Part shown: positions 28,142-37,897 of the stretch, piece after piece
Position numbering within the stretch: position 1 is the stretch's first letter
How the letters are laid out: each line of letters begins with the position of its first letter
NCBI GenBank assembly: GCA_963754305.1
Contig: CAVWFR010000011.1
Location: forward strand, 194,505 to 258,504
Direction: 5' to 3'
Origin: an uncultured beta proteobacterium
Lineage (GTDB): Bacteria > Pseudomonadota > Gammaproteobacteria > Burkholderiales > SG8-39
Length of the DNA: 64,000 bases
Notes under the pieces: model-generated
Told to the model about the DNA's origin: nothing
What the model saw: only the letters and a program-made list of their open reading frames with translations
Databases searched by the model: none
Made by a program: the position numbers and the translations under genes

Positions 28142-29269
28142 ATGAATCTCGCCGACTCTCCCCTCGCGCACGACACCCCGCACGACATCCGCTGGCACGC
28201 GGTGTCCGTCCGCGACGCAGCCGCCGACGGATCGTTCGTCTACGCCGTGAAGACGACCGGCATCTTCTGCCGGCCGACCTGCCCGTCGCGGCGCCCGAAG
28301 CTGGAGAACGTGGCGTTCTTCGCCAGCGCCGCAGCAGCGGCGGGCGCGGGCTACCGGCCCTGCCGCCGCTGTCACCCGGAGCGAGCGCGTTCACCACGCG
28401 ACGACTCGGCCGAGCGCATTCGCGCCGCGTGCCGCGCCATCGAGGCGGCGGAGGCCCCGCCTACGCTCGCCGCGCTCGCCGGCACCGCCGGGTTGAGCCG
28501 CTTCCACTTCCAGCGGCTGTTCAAGCGCACCGTCGGCGTGTCGCCACGCGAGTACTTCGCGGGCCGGCGGCGCGAACGGCTGCAGCGTGCGCTCGAGCAG
28601 GGCGACTCGGTCGACGGTGCGGTCTACGGCGCCGGCTTCGGCTCGCCGAGCCGCGTGTACGAGCACTCGGGGCGCCTCCTCGGCATGTCGCCGGCGGCCT
28701 ACCGGAACGGTGCCGCCGGGCAGCGGATCCGCCGCGCCTTCGCCCGCTCGTCGCTCGGTTGGGTCGGCATCGCGGCCACCGCGCGGGGGGTCTGCGGAAT
28801 CGAGATCGCGGCGAGCCGTGCCGCGGCCGCCGCTCAGCTCGCGCGCCGCATGCCGCACGCGATCGTCGAGCAGGAAGCCGGGGCACTCGACGACTGGCTC
28901 GCTGCGGTCGTCGCGTTCGTCGAGGCGCCGCAGACGCCGCTCAGGTTGCCGCTCGATATCGCGGGTACCGCGTTCCAGCAGCGGGTGTGGCGCGCGCTGC
29001 AGGCGGTGCCGCCGGGGAAGACGGTGAGCTATGGCGCGCTCGCCCGGAAGGTCGGTGTCCCCGACGGCGCACGAGCGGTAGCGCGGGCGTGCGCGACCAA
29101 CCCGGTCCCGCTCGCCATCCCTTGCCACCGGGTCGTCCCGGCCGACGGCAGTACGGGCGGCTACCGGCTGGGCGGCGCGCGCAAGCGCGCGCTGCTCGAG
29201 CGGGAGCAGGTCGCGGCGAGCAACGGGAAGCGCGCTGCGGAACAAGCGAGATCATCTTCCAAGCTTTGA
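28142..29269 (+). CDS. ada: Bifunctional Ada regulator / O6-methylguanine-DNA methyltransferase
   Basis: TTGIFCRPTC, RPCRRC zinc site, AraC HTH, PCHRV active site. Confidence 0.95.
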   Translation: MNLADSPLAHDTPHDIRWHAVSVRDAAADGSFVYAVKTTGIFCRPTCPSRRPKLENVAFFASAAAAAGAGYRPCRRCHPERARSPRDDSAERIRAACRAIEAAEAPPTLAALAGTAGLSRFHFQRLFKRTVGVSPREYFAGRRRERLQRALEQGDSVDGAVYGAGFGSPSRVYEHSGRLLGMSPAAYRNGAAGQRIRRAFARSSLGWVGIAATARGVCGIEIAASRAAAAAQLARRMPHAIVEQEAGALDDWLAAVVAFVEAPQTPLRLPLDIAGTAFQQRVWRALQAVPPGKTVSYGALARKVGVPDGARAVARACATNPVPLAIPCHRVVPADGSTGGYRLGGARKRALLEREQVAASNGKRAAEQARSSSKL

Positions 29270-29320
29270 AGCCCGCCGACCTCGCGCGCCGCGTCGGCCT
29301 CGCCGCAATCTGGGGCGTAC
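29266..29320 (+). pseudogene. Degenerate duplicate of the 5' end of the downstream EamA gene
   Basis: LKPADLARRVGLAAIWG vs MKHADVARLVALAAIWG (29406); shared ctcgccgcaatctggggcg; TTG overlaps the ada stop. Confidence 0.7.
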
Positions 29321-29335
29321 CCGCACATACCGAAA

Positions 29336-29361
29336 GGACGGCGCCCCCTTGTAAATCCTCC
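29336..29361. repeat. Repeat family B copy, inverted
   Basis: Reverse complement ggaggatttacaagggggcgccgtcc. Confidence 0.5.
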
Positions 29362-29405
29362 GAATCGGCGTCCTGCGCGCGCGCATCGAGGCGCCCCGCG
29401 CAGCG

Positions 29406-30296
29406 ATGAAGCACGCCGACGTCGCGCGTCTCGTTGCCCTCGCCGCAATCTGGGGCGCTTCGTTCCTGTTCATGCGCATCGCCGCGCCCGCGCTCGGCCC
29501 GATCGGTACGGCAGCGCTGCGGGTAGCGCTCGCCGCGGCGACGCTCGCTGGGTGGCTCCGCTTCGCCGGGATCGAGCTCGCGTGGCGCGACCATTGGCGC
29601 TTCTACCTGGTCGTCGGGTTGACCGCCTCCGGGCTGCCGTTCGCGCTGTACGCGTTCAGCGCGCTCCACCTCCCCGCGTCGTACCTCGCCGTGATCAACG
29701 CGACTGCACCGCTGTTCGGGGCGCTCGTGTCGGCGCTCTGGCTGCGCGAACGCCTGAGCGCACGCGCGGCGGTCGGGCTGGTCATGGGGGTCGCCGGTGT
29801 CGCGATGCTCGTCGGCCTCGGCCCCCTCCGTCCGACGCCAATGGTCGCGTGGGCAATCGCTGCCGCCGCGGGCGCCGCGCTCTCCTACGCCATCGCCGCC
29901 GCCTACATGAAGCGTCGTGCATCCACGGTGGATGCGGCCGCGATAGCGGCGGGGAGCCAGCTCGGCGCAACGCTCGCGCTCGCGCCGCTGCTGGTGCCGC
30001 TCCCGCCGCTGGCGTGGCCGACGCCGGGCGAATGGTGGGCGGCGGTTCTGCTCGGCGTTGTCTGCACCGGCGCGGCGTATCTCCTCTACTTCCGGCTGAT
30101 CGCCGACGTCGGACCGACACGTGCGCTAACCGTCACGTTCCTGATCCCGGTGTTCGGGATGCTGTGGGGCGCGCTGTTTCTCGGGGAGGCGATCACGCCG
30201 ACGATGGTGGCGGGTTGCGCTTTGGTGCTGATCGGCACGGTCCTGATCGTCAGACCGGACGTCCGCCTACGCGGGGATCCAGCGAGCGCGGGCTGA
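29406..30296 (+). CDS. DMT/EamA family transporter
   Basis: LAAIWGASFLFMR, NATAPLF, VTFLIPVF..LWG. Confidence 0.92.
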   Translation: MKHADVARLVALAAIWGASFLFMRIAAPALGPIGTAALRVALAAATLAGWLRFAGIELAWRDHWRFYLVVGLTASGLPFALYAFSALHLPASYLAVINATAPLFGALVSALWLRERLSARAAVGLVMGVAGVAMLVGLGPLRPTPMVAWAIAAAAGAALSYAIAAAYMKRRASTVDAAAIAAGSQLGATLALAPLLVPLPPLAWPTPGEWWAAVLLGVVCTGAAYLLYFRLIADVGPTRALTVTFLIPVFGMLWGALFLGEAITPTMVAGCALVLIGTVLIVRPDVRLRGDPASAG

Positions 30297-30333
30297 AGAT
30301 CGGGTCGACGCGATTGCTCGGTAGAATCGCCCC

Positions 30334-30966
30334 ATGGACATCGCCGACCGCCGACGGGAATACACGCGCGCGAGCCTCGACGAAGCGGGGGTCGCGCGCG
30401 ATCCGTTCGAGCAGTTCGCGAAATGGTTCGAGGAGGCGCTCGCCTCCGAGCTCCGCGAGCCGACCGCGATGGCGCTCGCCACCGTGGGCCCGGACGGACG
30501 CCCGTCGACGCGCATGGTGCTCCTCAAACGCTCCGACGAGCGCGGGCTCGTCTTCCACACCAACTATGAAAGTCGCAAGGGCCGCGAGCTCGGCGGCAAC
30601 CCGAACGCGAGCGCGCTCCTCTACTGGGCCGAGCTCGAACGTCAGATCCGCGTCGAGGGCGTGATCGCGAGGATCGCCGCTGCGGAGTCGGACGAGTACT
30701 ATCGTACCCGGCCGCTCGGCGCGCGAATCGGCGCCTGGGCCTCGCCGCAGAGCGAGCCGATCGGCAAGGGCGCGCTGATGGCGAGAGTCGCCGAGATGGG
30801 CCTTCGCCACGGCCTGAACCCGTCGCGGCCGCCGCACTGGGGCGGCTACCGGCTCGCGCCCGACGCTTTCGAGTTCTGGCAGGGCCGGCCCTCGCGGCTG
30901 CACGACCGCGTCCGCTACCGCAAGCTGGCCGACGGCGGCTGGGCGATCGAGCGGCTCGCGCCCTGA
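30334..30966 (+). CDS. pdxH: Pyridoxamine 5'-phosphate oxidase
   Basis: [34 protein letters not shown]. Confidence 0.97.
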   Translation: MDIADRRREYTRASLDEAGVARDPFEQFAKWFEEALASELREPTAMALATVGPDGRPSTRMVLLKRSDERGLVFHTNYESRKGRELGGNPNASALLYWAELERQIRVEGVIARIAAAESDEYYRTRPLGARIGAWASPQSEPIGKGALMARVAEMGLRHGLNPSRPPHWGGYRLAPDAFEFWQGRPSRLHDRVRYRKLADGGWAIERLAP

Positions 30967-30989
30967 GCGCGCGCTCCCACGCCGCTCGC

Positions 30990-31157
30990 ATGCGCGAGAT
31001 CCTCGGCGTCCTCGTGCCGTTCTTCGCGATCGCGGCGATCGGCTATGCCGCGGCGCGGTTCAAGCTCGTATTCTCGGCCGCAATCTCGTCCTCGACCGTT
31101 AAAAGCGTGGCGACCCTCACCCTCGTCGTATGGCTGCTCGCGCGCTTCCTGCCCTGA
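30990..31157 (+). pseudogene. AEC (auxin efflux carrier)-family transporter collapsed to an in-frame 55-aa N+C fusion
   Basis: MREILGVLVPFFAIAAIGYAAARFKL (AEC N-terminus) fused to SAAISSSTVKSVATLTLVVWLL (AEC C-terminus). Confidence 0.7.
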
Positions 31158-32863
31158 AGCGCGCGGCCGTGCTCCTCGTCGCCGCGCTCGGCGCGCTCGG
31201 CGGCCTCGCATGGTGGTACGCGCGCGGGCAGCCGGTCGCGCTTCCGGACGCGCCCGCGAGCAGGCTGCCCTGCGTGTCGTACGCGCCCTACCATCTGCCC
31301 GGCCAGACGCCGTTCACGAAGGGGTTCGTCGTGAGCCCGGCGCAGATCGACGCCGATCTCGCCGCGCTCGCGAAGCGCACGGCATGCGTGCGCACCTACT
31401 CGGTCGACCAGGGGCTCGACGAAGTGCCGCGGCTCGCCGTCAAGCACGGGCTGCGCGTGATCCTCGGGCTGTGGATCGGCCGCGACCGAACGGAGAACGA
31501 GCGCGAGCTCGAGCGCGGCTTGAGGGTGATCGCGCGCGACTCGGCGGCGATCGACGCCGTCATCGTCGGCAACGAAGTGCTGCTTCGGCGCGAGCTGCCC
31601 GCGGCGGTGCTCGCGGGATACATCCGGCGCGTGCGCGCCGCGACGGCGCTGCCGGTCACCTACGCCGACGTGTGGGAGTTCTGGCTGAAGTCTCCCGAGC
31701 TCGCGGCGGCGGTCTCGTTCGTGACGGTGCATCTCTTGCCCTATTGGGAGGATGAACCGATGGGGATCGGCCCGGCGGTCGATCATGTCGTCGCGATCCA
31801 CGCGCGCGTGCGCGCCGCGTTTCCCGGCCGGGAGATCCTCGTCGGCGAAGCGGGATGGCCGAGTCGGGGCCGACGCCGCGAAGGCGCCGTGCCCTCGCTC
31901 GTGAACCAGGCCCGGTTCGTACGCGAGCTGGCGAACGCCGCCGCCGCGAACGACGTGCGCTACAACCTCATCGAGGCGTTCGACCAGCCGTGGAAGCGGC
32001 AGCTCGAAGGTACCGTCGGCGGCTTCTGGGGCGTGCTCGACGCGGCAGGGGTCGCGAAGTTCCCCCTGCGCGGACCGGTGACCGAGGATCCGGCGTGGGC
32101 GCGCGGGCCCATTGCCGCCGGGCTGGTCGCAACGGTCTTCGTCATCGCCGGCTTCGTCCGCCGGCCGCGTCCGCGCGCGGGCGGCAGCGCGCTGCTCGCG
32201 CTCGCCGGCGCCGTGCTCGGTTCGGCGCTCGCCGCGCAGCTCGACGTCCTTGCGGCTGCAAGCCGAGACGTCTTCGAGTGGACGCTCGGCGGCGCGTTCA
32301 TTGTGATCGCCGCCGCCGCGACCCTTCTATGCAGCGCGAGTCTCGCGCGCCGCATCGACGGCCGCGACCCGATCCTCCCGGCGCCCGGTGCAGCGATCTG
32401 CGCCTGGTTCCGGACGAACCGATCCGGGTTCTCCGTCGCCGAACGCTGGCTGGGCACGCTGCGCTTCGCGCTGCTGTTCGGCGCCGCAATCGTGCAGCTC
32501 GCCCTCGCGTTCGATCCGCGCTATCGTGATTTCCCGCTCGCCCTCTTCACACCGCCGGCGGTCGGATTCGCGTTGCTCGCGTGGACAGCCGGCACGTGGG
32601 CGGACGTCGAGGAGCGCACGCTCGCAGCCGTAATGGCCGCGCTCGTTCCCGTGGTGCTCATCCGCGAAACACTTGCCAATCTGGATGCGCTGGCGTGGAG
32701 CGCAGTGACTCTCGCGCTAGCCGCGAGCGTTCTCCGCCTGCCGCGCGGCGACAGTTCGCGCGAGTACGAGCGCGCCGAGGAGAAAGCCGACCGCGCCGGC
32801 ACCGACCGAGTAGAGGACGAGGCCGGCGCCGCCCAGGCAAGCGGCCGCGAGCGCCCAACCTGA
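31130..32863 (+). CDS. Membrane-anchored GH17 beta-glucan synthase/transglycosylase (NdvC-like)
   Basis: PCVSYAP, CVRTYS, VGNEVLLR, HLLPYWE, GEAGWPS; C-terminal TM region with FDPRYRDFP; start uncertain. Confidence 0.85.
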   Translation: MAARALPALKRAAVLLVAALGALGGLAWWYARGQPVALPDAPASRLPCVSYAPYHLPGQTPFTKGFVVSPAQIDADLAALAKRTACVRTYSVDQGLDEVPRLAVKHGLRVILGLWIGRDRTENERELERGLRVIARDSAAIDAVIVGNEVLLRRELPAAVLAGYIRRVRAATALPVTYADVWEFWLKSPELAAAVSFVTVHLLPYWEDEPMGIGPAVDHVVAIHARVRAAFPGREILVGEAGWPSRGRRREGAVPSLVNQARFVRELANAAAANDVRYNLIEAFDQPWKRQLEGTVGGFWGVLDAAGVAKFPLRGPVTEDPAWARGPIAAGLVATVFVIAGFVRRPRPRAGGSALLALAGAVLGSALAAQLDVLAAASRDVFEWTLGGAFIVIAAAATLLCSASLARRIDGRDPILPAPGAAICAWFRTNRSGFSVAERWLGTLRFALLFGAAIVQLALAFDPRYRDFPLALFTPPAVGFALLAWTAGTWADVEERTLAAVMAALVPVVLIRETLANLDALAWSAVTLALAASVLRLPRGDSSREYERAEEKADRAGTDRVEDEAGAAQASGRERPT

Positions 32864-33088
32864 CGATCGCTTCAGGTTCGCCGCCACCCCGGCGGCGATC
32901 GCCGCGACCCCGGGCACTCCGAGTCCCAGCGCTCCCACCAGTGCCTCGCGCACGCCGCACCACCACGGCGCCTCCGGCGCGCTGCAGAGGTGCGCGATGC
33001 CGGCCGGCTCGACGATCGCGAACCGCAGCGCCGCGGCTGCCAGGAGCGTCCCCGCGATCGTCGTAGCACTGGTAACGATCGATCTCAT
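32717..33088 (-). CDS. Small hypothetical membrane protein
   Basis: About 4 hydrophobic segments, LR..IVEP...HLC......WWC..R; overlaps the 3' end of the GH17 gene. Confidence 0.6.
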   Translation of the reverse strand: MRSIVTSATTIAGTLLAAAALRFAIVEPAGIAHLCSAPEAPWWCGVREALVGALGLGVPGVAAIAAGVAANLKRSSGWALAAACLGGAGLVLYSVGAGAVGFLLGALVLARTVAARQAENARG

Positions 33089-33282
33089 GGGCGCACTGTC
33101 GTCGTCTCCCGACATTGCGATTGAAAAAAAGCGCGTGCTCCGACCGAGTTTCTCTCAACCGAGGGCGGTGGGCGCTCTTCGCACTGGGTCGCGATGGTCA
33201 CGCAGCGTGCTTTTAGCCGTATACCGATGGCTCGAACTCTACCTGACCGGTACACTCCACTGCCCGCGGCATGTGCCACGCA

Positions 33283-33298
33283 CGGCACGTCGCTTGCT
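33283..33298 (+). promoter_or_regulatory. Putative sigma54 (-24/-12) promoter
   Basis: CGGCACGTCGCTTGCT matches YGGCAC-N5-TTGCW, about 80 nt upstream of the ndvB-like GTG start. Confidence 0.6.
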
Positions 33299-33379
33299 CA
33301 AGCCCCTAGCTGTCAACCGTCGCGACGTGTACACGTTTTCAACCAGGGTCGTTTCCCCCCGCACACCGAGCTCCGCGCC

Positions 33380-36040
33380 GTGACTACCGCCAGCATCCAC
33401 GCATTGCCCGCACCGAGCGAGCGCCGCTCGCCTTCGGCCCTGGTCGCCGCCGCGATGATCGCGGCACTGCTCGCCGCCGGCAATTTCGGTCTGTGGGCAG
33501 CGGCGAACCGTCCGCTCCTCCTACCCGACGGCACCGACAGAGTTCATGGCGTCGCGTTCAGCAGCTTCCAGCGCGACCAAGACCCCACGCAGGGCCGGTT
33601 CCCGACCGAGGACGAGCTTGCCGCCGACCTCGATCGCGCCGCCGAGCTGTCCGACCGCATCCGCACCTATTCTTCGATCGAGAACGCGGACGCCGCGCGG
33701 CTGGCGGCGTTGCGCGGGCTGCGCGTCACGGCCGGCGCGTGGCTCGATCGGCGCGACGACAACAACGAGCTCGAGCTCGCAGCGCTGGTGCGGCTCGCCC
33801 GCGAGAACCGCAACATCGACCGGGTGATCGTCGGCAACGAATCGGTCCTTCGCGGCGACCTCAGCATCCCCGCACTCGCCGGGCACTTGGTCCGTGTGAA
33901 GCGCGCGGTCCGCGTCCCGGTGTCCACCGCCGAGCCATGGCACGTCTGGCTACGCTATCCGGAGCTCGCACGCCAGGTGGACTTCATCACCGTGCACCTT
34001 TTACCGTATTGGGAAGGCGTGCCGGCGGCCCAGGCGGTCGACTACGCCCTTTCGCGCTATGCCGAGCTGCGCCGCGCCTATCCCAAAAAGCGCATCGTCA
34101 TCGGCGAGATCGGCTGGCCCAGCCGCGGCGACCGCGTCCGCGGCGCGGTCGCTTCACCTGAGGCGCAGGCCCTGTTCGTCCGCGACTTCCTCGCCCGCAC
34201 CGTGGAGCGGCCGCTCGACTACTACCTGCTGGAAATGTTCGACCAGCCGTGGAAGGAATTCCACGAGGGACGCGCCGGAGCGTATTGGGGCGCCTACCGC
34301 GCCGATCGCACGCCGAAGTTCGCGCTGGAGGGACCGGTCGAGATTGATTCCCACTGGCGCACGAAGGCGCTCGTCGCCTCGGCGATCGCGGCACCGCTCA
34401 TGCTCTGGTTCGCCTTCGCTTTCCGGCGGCTGCGAACGACCGGGCGGTTCGTCTTCTGCGCGCTCATCCAAGGCGCGGTCGGGGCGCTCGTCTGGCTCGC
34501 GGCAATCCCGCTCGAGTTCTATTTGCGTCCGGTGGACTGGGCGGCGATCGCCGTGCTCCTCCCGGCCGCGGCGGCGATGCTCGCCGTGCTGCTCGTCAAC
34601 GGCTTCGAGCTGGTCGAGGTGCTCTGGCGGCGCGAGTGGCGGCGCGAGTTCCGGCCGCTTGCAAGCATCCCGCTCGCGCACGAGCCGTTCGTTTCGATTC
34701 ACCTCCCGGCGTGCAACGAGCCGCCCGAGATGGTCATCCTGACGCTCGATTCGCTCGCGCGCCTCGACTATCGCAATTTCGAGGTGATCGTGGTCGACAA
34801 CAATACCCGCGACGAGCGGCTGTGGCGGCCCGTGGAGGCCCACTGCGCGCGGCTGGGGGTGCGGTTCCGCTTCTTCCACCTGCCGGACTGGCCCGGGTTC
34901 AAGGCCGGCGCGCTCAACTTCGCGCTGCGCGAGACCGACGCGCGCGCGGAGGTGATCGGCGTCGTCGACGCCGACTACGCGGTCGACCGCGGCTGGCTGG
35001 CGCGGCTCGTCGGGCATTTCGAGGACAGCGCCGTCGCGGTCGCGCAGTCGCCGCAGGCGCACCGCGAGTTTGAAGGCTTCGCATTCCGACGCATGGCGAA
35101 TTGGGAGTTCGACGGCTTTTTCCGCATCGGCATGCATCACCGCAACGAGCGGAACGCGATCATCCAGCACGGCACCATGACGCTCGTGCGCAGGACGGCG
35201 CTCGAGCGGGTCGGCGGATGGGCCGAGTGGTGCATCTGCGAGGACGCGGAGCTCGGCCTGCGCCTGATGCAGGCCGGGCACGACGTGCGCTACGTCGACT
35301 CCGTGCAGGGGCGCGGGCTCACGCCGTCGGATTTCGCCGCGTTCAAGGCGCAGCGCTTCCGCTGGGCGTTCGGCGCGATGCAGATCCTGAAGCGGCACTG
35401 GCGCGCGCTCGTCGGACCGGGCACGCTGACGTCAGGGCAGCGCTATCACTTCCTCACCGGCTGGTTCTCGTGGTTCGCCGACTCGCTGCACCTACTGTTC
35501 GCGTTCAGCGCCATCGCGTGGACGATCGGCGCCATCGCGCTGCCCCGCGTGTTCACGCTCCCACTCTACCTCTACTTCATTCCGATCGTGGCGTTCCTCG
35601 CCTGCAAGGCGGTGTTCGGTCCGGTGCTGTACCGCGCGCGGGTCGACTGCAGCTGGGCGGACGTGTTCGGCGCATCGGTGGCGAGCATGGCGTTGTCGCA
35701 CGGCATTGCGCGCGGGGTCATCGAGGGACTCCTGCGGAAGAACGGTGTGTTCAAGCGCACCGCAAAGGGTGCGAAAACCGGACGGTCAAGCTGGCTTGCG
35801 CCGGTGCGCGAGGAGTCGCTCCTTTTCGCTGCACTCGCGATCGGCGCGGCCGGCGTCGTGTTCCACTTCGGGACCGATCACGTCGAGGCGATGCTGTGGG
35901 CGGGAGTGCTTGGCGCCCAGGCTTTGCCGTACGCGGCGGCGCTCGCATGCGGCTGGATCGGCGCTCGCACCGCTCGCGTCGCGCGGGCTGCGGCGCCGCG
36001 TGAAGAGGCGGCCCCGGTGGCCATCCGCGCCGCGGCGTGA
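33380..36040 (+). CDS. GH17 + GT2 glucosyltransferase (NdvB-like cyclic beta-glucan synthase)
   Basis: GH17 (VGNE, GEIGWPS); TM region; GT2 motifs VVDNNT, KAGALN, VDADY, CED, QRFRW. Confidence 0.92.
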   Translation: MTTASIHALPAPSERRSPSALVAAAMIAALLAAGNFGLWAAANRPLLLPDGTDRVHGVAFSSFQRDQDPTQGRFPTEDELAADLDRAAELSDRIRTYSSIENADAARLAALRGLRVTAGAWLDRRDDNNELELAALVRLARENRNIDRVIVGNESVLRGDLSIPALAGHLVRVKRAVRVPVSTAEPWHVWLRYPELARQVDFITVHLLPYWEGVPAAQAVDYALSRYAELRRAYPKKRIVIGEIGWPSRGDRVRGAVASPEAQALFVRDFLARTVERPLDYYLLEMFDQPWKEFHEGRAGAYWGAYRADRTPKFALEGPVEIDSHWRTKALVASAIAAPLMLWFAFAFRRLRTTGRFVFCALIQGAVGALVWLAAIPLEFYLRPVDWAAIAVLLPAAAAMLAVLLVNGFELVEVLWRREWRREFRPLASIPLAHEPFVSIHLPACNEPPEMVILTLDSLARLDYRNFEVIVVDNNTRDERLWRPVEAHCARLGVRFRFFHLPDWPGFKAGALNFALRETDARAEVIGVVDADYAVDRGWLARLVGHFEDSAVAVAQSPQAHREFEGFAFRRMANWEFDGFFRIGMHHRNERNAIIQHGTMTLVRRTALERVGGWAEWCICEDAELGLRLMQAGHDVRYVDSVQGRGLTPSDFAAFKAQRFRWAFGAMQILKRHWRALVGPGTLTSGQRYHFLTGWFSWFADSLHLLFAFSAIAWTIGAIALPRVFTLPLYLYFIPIVAFLACKAVFGPVLYRARVDCSWADVFGASVASMALSHGIARGVIEGLLRKNGVFKRTAKGAKTGRSSWLAPVREESLLFAALAIGAAGVVFHFGTDHVEAMLWAGVLGAQALPYAAALACGWIGARTARVARAAAPREEAAPVAIRAAA

Positions 36041-36153
36041 TGAGTGTCACACCGGCACACAGCGCACCGCGCATCGCGCTGCCATGCCGCTATTCCAGTG
36101 GCACAATGCGGGCGCTCGGCTCTTGCCCACCGGTCGCTTCCGCGGACAACAAC

Positions 36154-36678
36154 ATGAACACACCCAACGCGGCGCCCCGCGCGCGCCAACCTTCCAGTCT
36201 TGCACGGTTCGCCCTCGCGATGCTCGCCGCAGCCGCGTGCGGTGCCGCTCAGGCCGGCGAGCTCGGCATCAACGTCTACGGCCTTTCGTACCACTTCGAC
36301 CGCGACCGCGCCCAGGCGCTCGGCGTCGACAACGGAGTGAACCCCGGGCTCGGGTTTCGCTACCAGTTCGCCGAGTGGGAGCGGTGGCGGTTCTTTGCCG
36401 ATGCCGGCGCGTTCCGCGATTCCGGGCGCCAGATCGCGGCGTACGGGGGGGTAGGCGCACTCTGGCAAGTCGCCGGCGGCTTTCAGGCTGGCGCCGCGCT
36501 GGTGGTAATGGGGAGCGACACGTACAACGACGGGCGCACGTTCATCGCGCCACTGCCGCTGCTCGCGTGGGATTTCGGGCCGGTGACGCTCAACGCGACA
36601 TTCTTTCCGAAGATCGCGCGATTCAACGACATAGCGACGCTCGGGTTTTGGGTGACGTTGTGGCCGGAGCGGTGGTGA
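36154..36678 (+). CDS. Predicted small outer-membrane beta-barrel protein
   Basis: Signal peptide AQA; SYHFD..N..NPGLG, FRDS; alternating beta pattern; terminal Trp. Confidence 0.65.
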   Translation: MNTPNAAPRARQPSSLARFALAMLAAAACGAAQAGELGINVYGLSYHFDRDRAQALGVDNGVNPGLGFRYQFAEWERWRFFADAGAFRDSGRQIAAYGGVGALWQVAGGFQAGAALVVMGSDTYNDGRTFIAPLPLLAWDFGPVTLNATFFPKIARFNDIATLGFWVTLWPERW

Positions 36679-36781
36679 GGGGGTCGGGTTTGGGGTTGCG
36701 CTAGATCCTCATGCCTCGTTTGCCCCCCGCCGGGGTTCGGTGCAGCATGACGTCCCCGACTCCTCTCGAGGACATCCGGTC

Positions 36782-37876
36782 ATGCCCGCCACCCCTCCCT
36801 TCCGCGCCGATCACGTCGGCAGCCTGCTCCGCCCTGCCGAACTGATCGCCGCCCGCGCCAAGGCGAAAGCCGGCAGGTTAAGCGATGCGGAACTGAAGCT
36901 GGTCGAAGACCGCTGCATCCGCGCCGCGGCGGCAAAGCAGGAAGCGATCGGCCTCGACGCCATCACCGACGGCGAGTTCCGCCGTGACTTCTGGCATCTC
37001 GACTTCATCCGCCAGCTCGAGGGCGTGACCTTGGTGAAGGCGGTGGGTAAGACCTTCGCCGCCGAAGACGTGCCGCCGATGGCGTCGGTCACCGGCAAGA
37101 TCCGCTGCATCAAGCCGATCTTCGCCGATCACTTCGCATACCTGAAGTCGGTCGTGACCAAGACGCCCAAGCTTACGATCCCGGCGCCCGCAACCCTGCA
37201 CTTTCGCGGCGGGCGGAACGCGATCTCGCGCGAAGCCTACCCGGATCTCGAAGAGTTCTGGGCCGACGCGGCGATCTCGTATCGCGACGCCATCGGCCAC
37301 ATCGCCGCCGCCGGCTGCACGTACCTCCAGCTCGACGACGTGAGCTTCTCCTATCTCTGCGACCCGGCGGTGCGCGAGAACTTCCGGGCGAACGGCGACG
37401 ATCCCGCCATGCTCGCGACCGATTACGCGAACGCGATCAACGGTGCGCTCGCGAATCGTCCGCAGGGCATGACGGTGACGATGCACACCTGCCGCGGCAA
37501 TTTCCGCAGCACCTGGTTCGCTGCCGGAGCCTACGAGGACGCGGTGCTCGGGCCGCTCTTCTCGGCGAACGTCGACGGCTTCTTCATGGAGTGGGACGAC
37601 GAGCGCGCCGGGAGCTTCGAGCCGCTGCGCCTCCTGCCCAAGACGAAGAAGGTCGTGCTCGGCCTCGTGACGACCAAGTCCGGAAAGCTCGAGAGCAAGG
37701 ACGATCTCAAGCGCCGCATCGACGAGGCGGCGAAGTTCATCCCGCTCGAGAATCTGTGCCTCTCGCCGCAGTGCGGCTTCGCCAGCACCCACCACGGCAA
37801 CCAGCTCACCCAAGACGAGCAGTGGCGGAAGCTCGAGCGGGTGGTCGAGGTGTCGCGGGAGGTCTGGGGCGGGTAG
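36782..37876 (+). CDS. Cobalamin-independent methionine synthase II family (single-domain MetE-like)
   Basis: HVGSLLRP, TDGEFRR, LQLDD, HTCRGN, LSPQCGFAS. Confidence 0.92.
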   Translation: MPATPPFRADHVGSLLRPAELIAARAKAKAGRLSDAELKLVEDRCIRAAAAKQEAIGLDAITDGEFRRDFWHLDFIRQLEGVTLVKAVGKTFAAEDVPPMASVTGKIRCIKPIFADHFAYLKSVVTKTPKLTIPAPATLHFRGGRNAISREAYPDLEEFWADAAISYRDAIGHIAAAGCTYLQLDDVSFSYLCDPAVRENFRANGDDPAMLATDYANAINGALANRPQGMTVTMHTCRGNFRSTWFAAGAYEDAVLGPLFSANVDGFFMEWDDERAGSFEPLRLLPKTKKVVLGLVTTKSGKLESKDDLKRRIDEAAKFIPLENLCLSPQCGFASTHHGNQLTQDEQWRKLERVVEVSREVWGG

Positions 37877-37897
37877 CCCAGCGCGTTGGTCGAGCGC

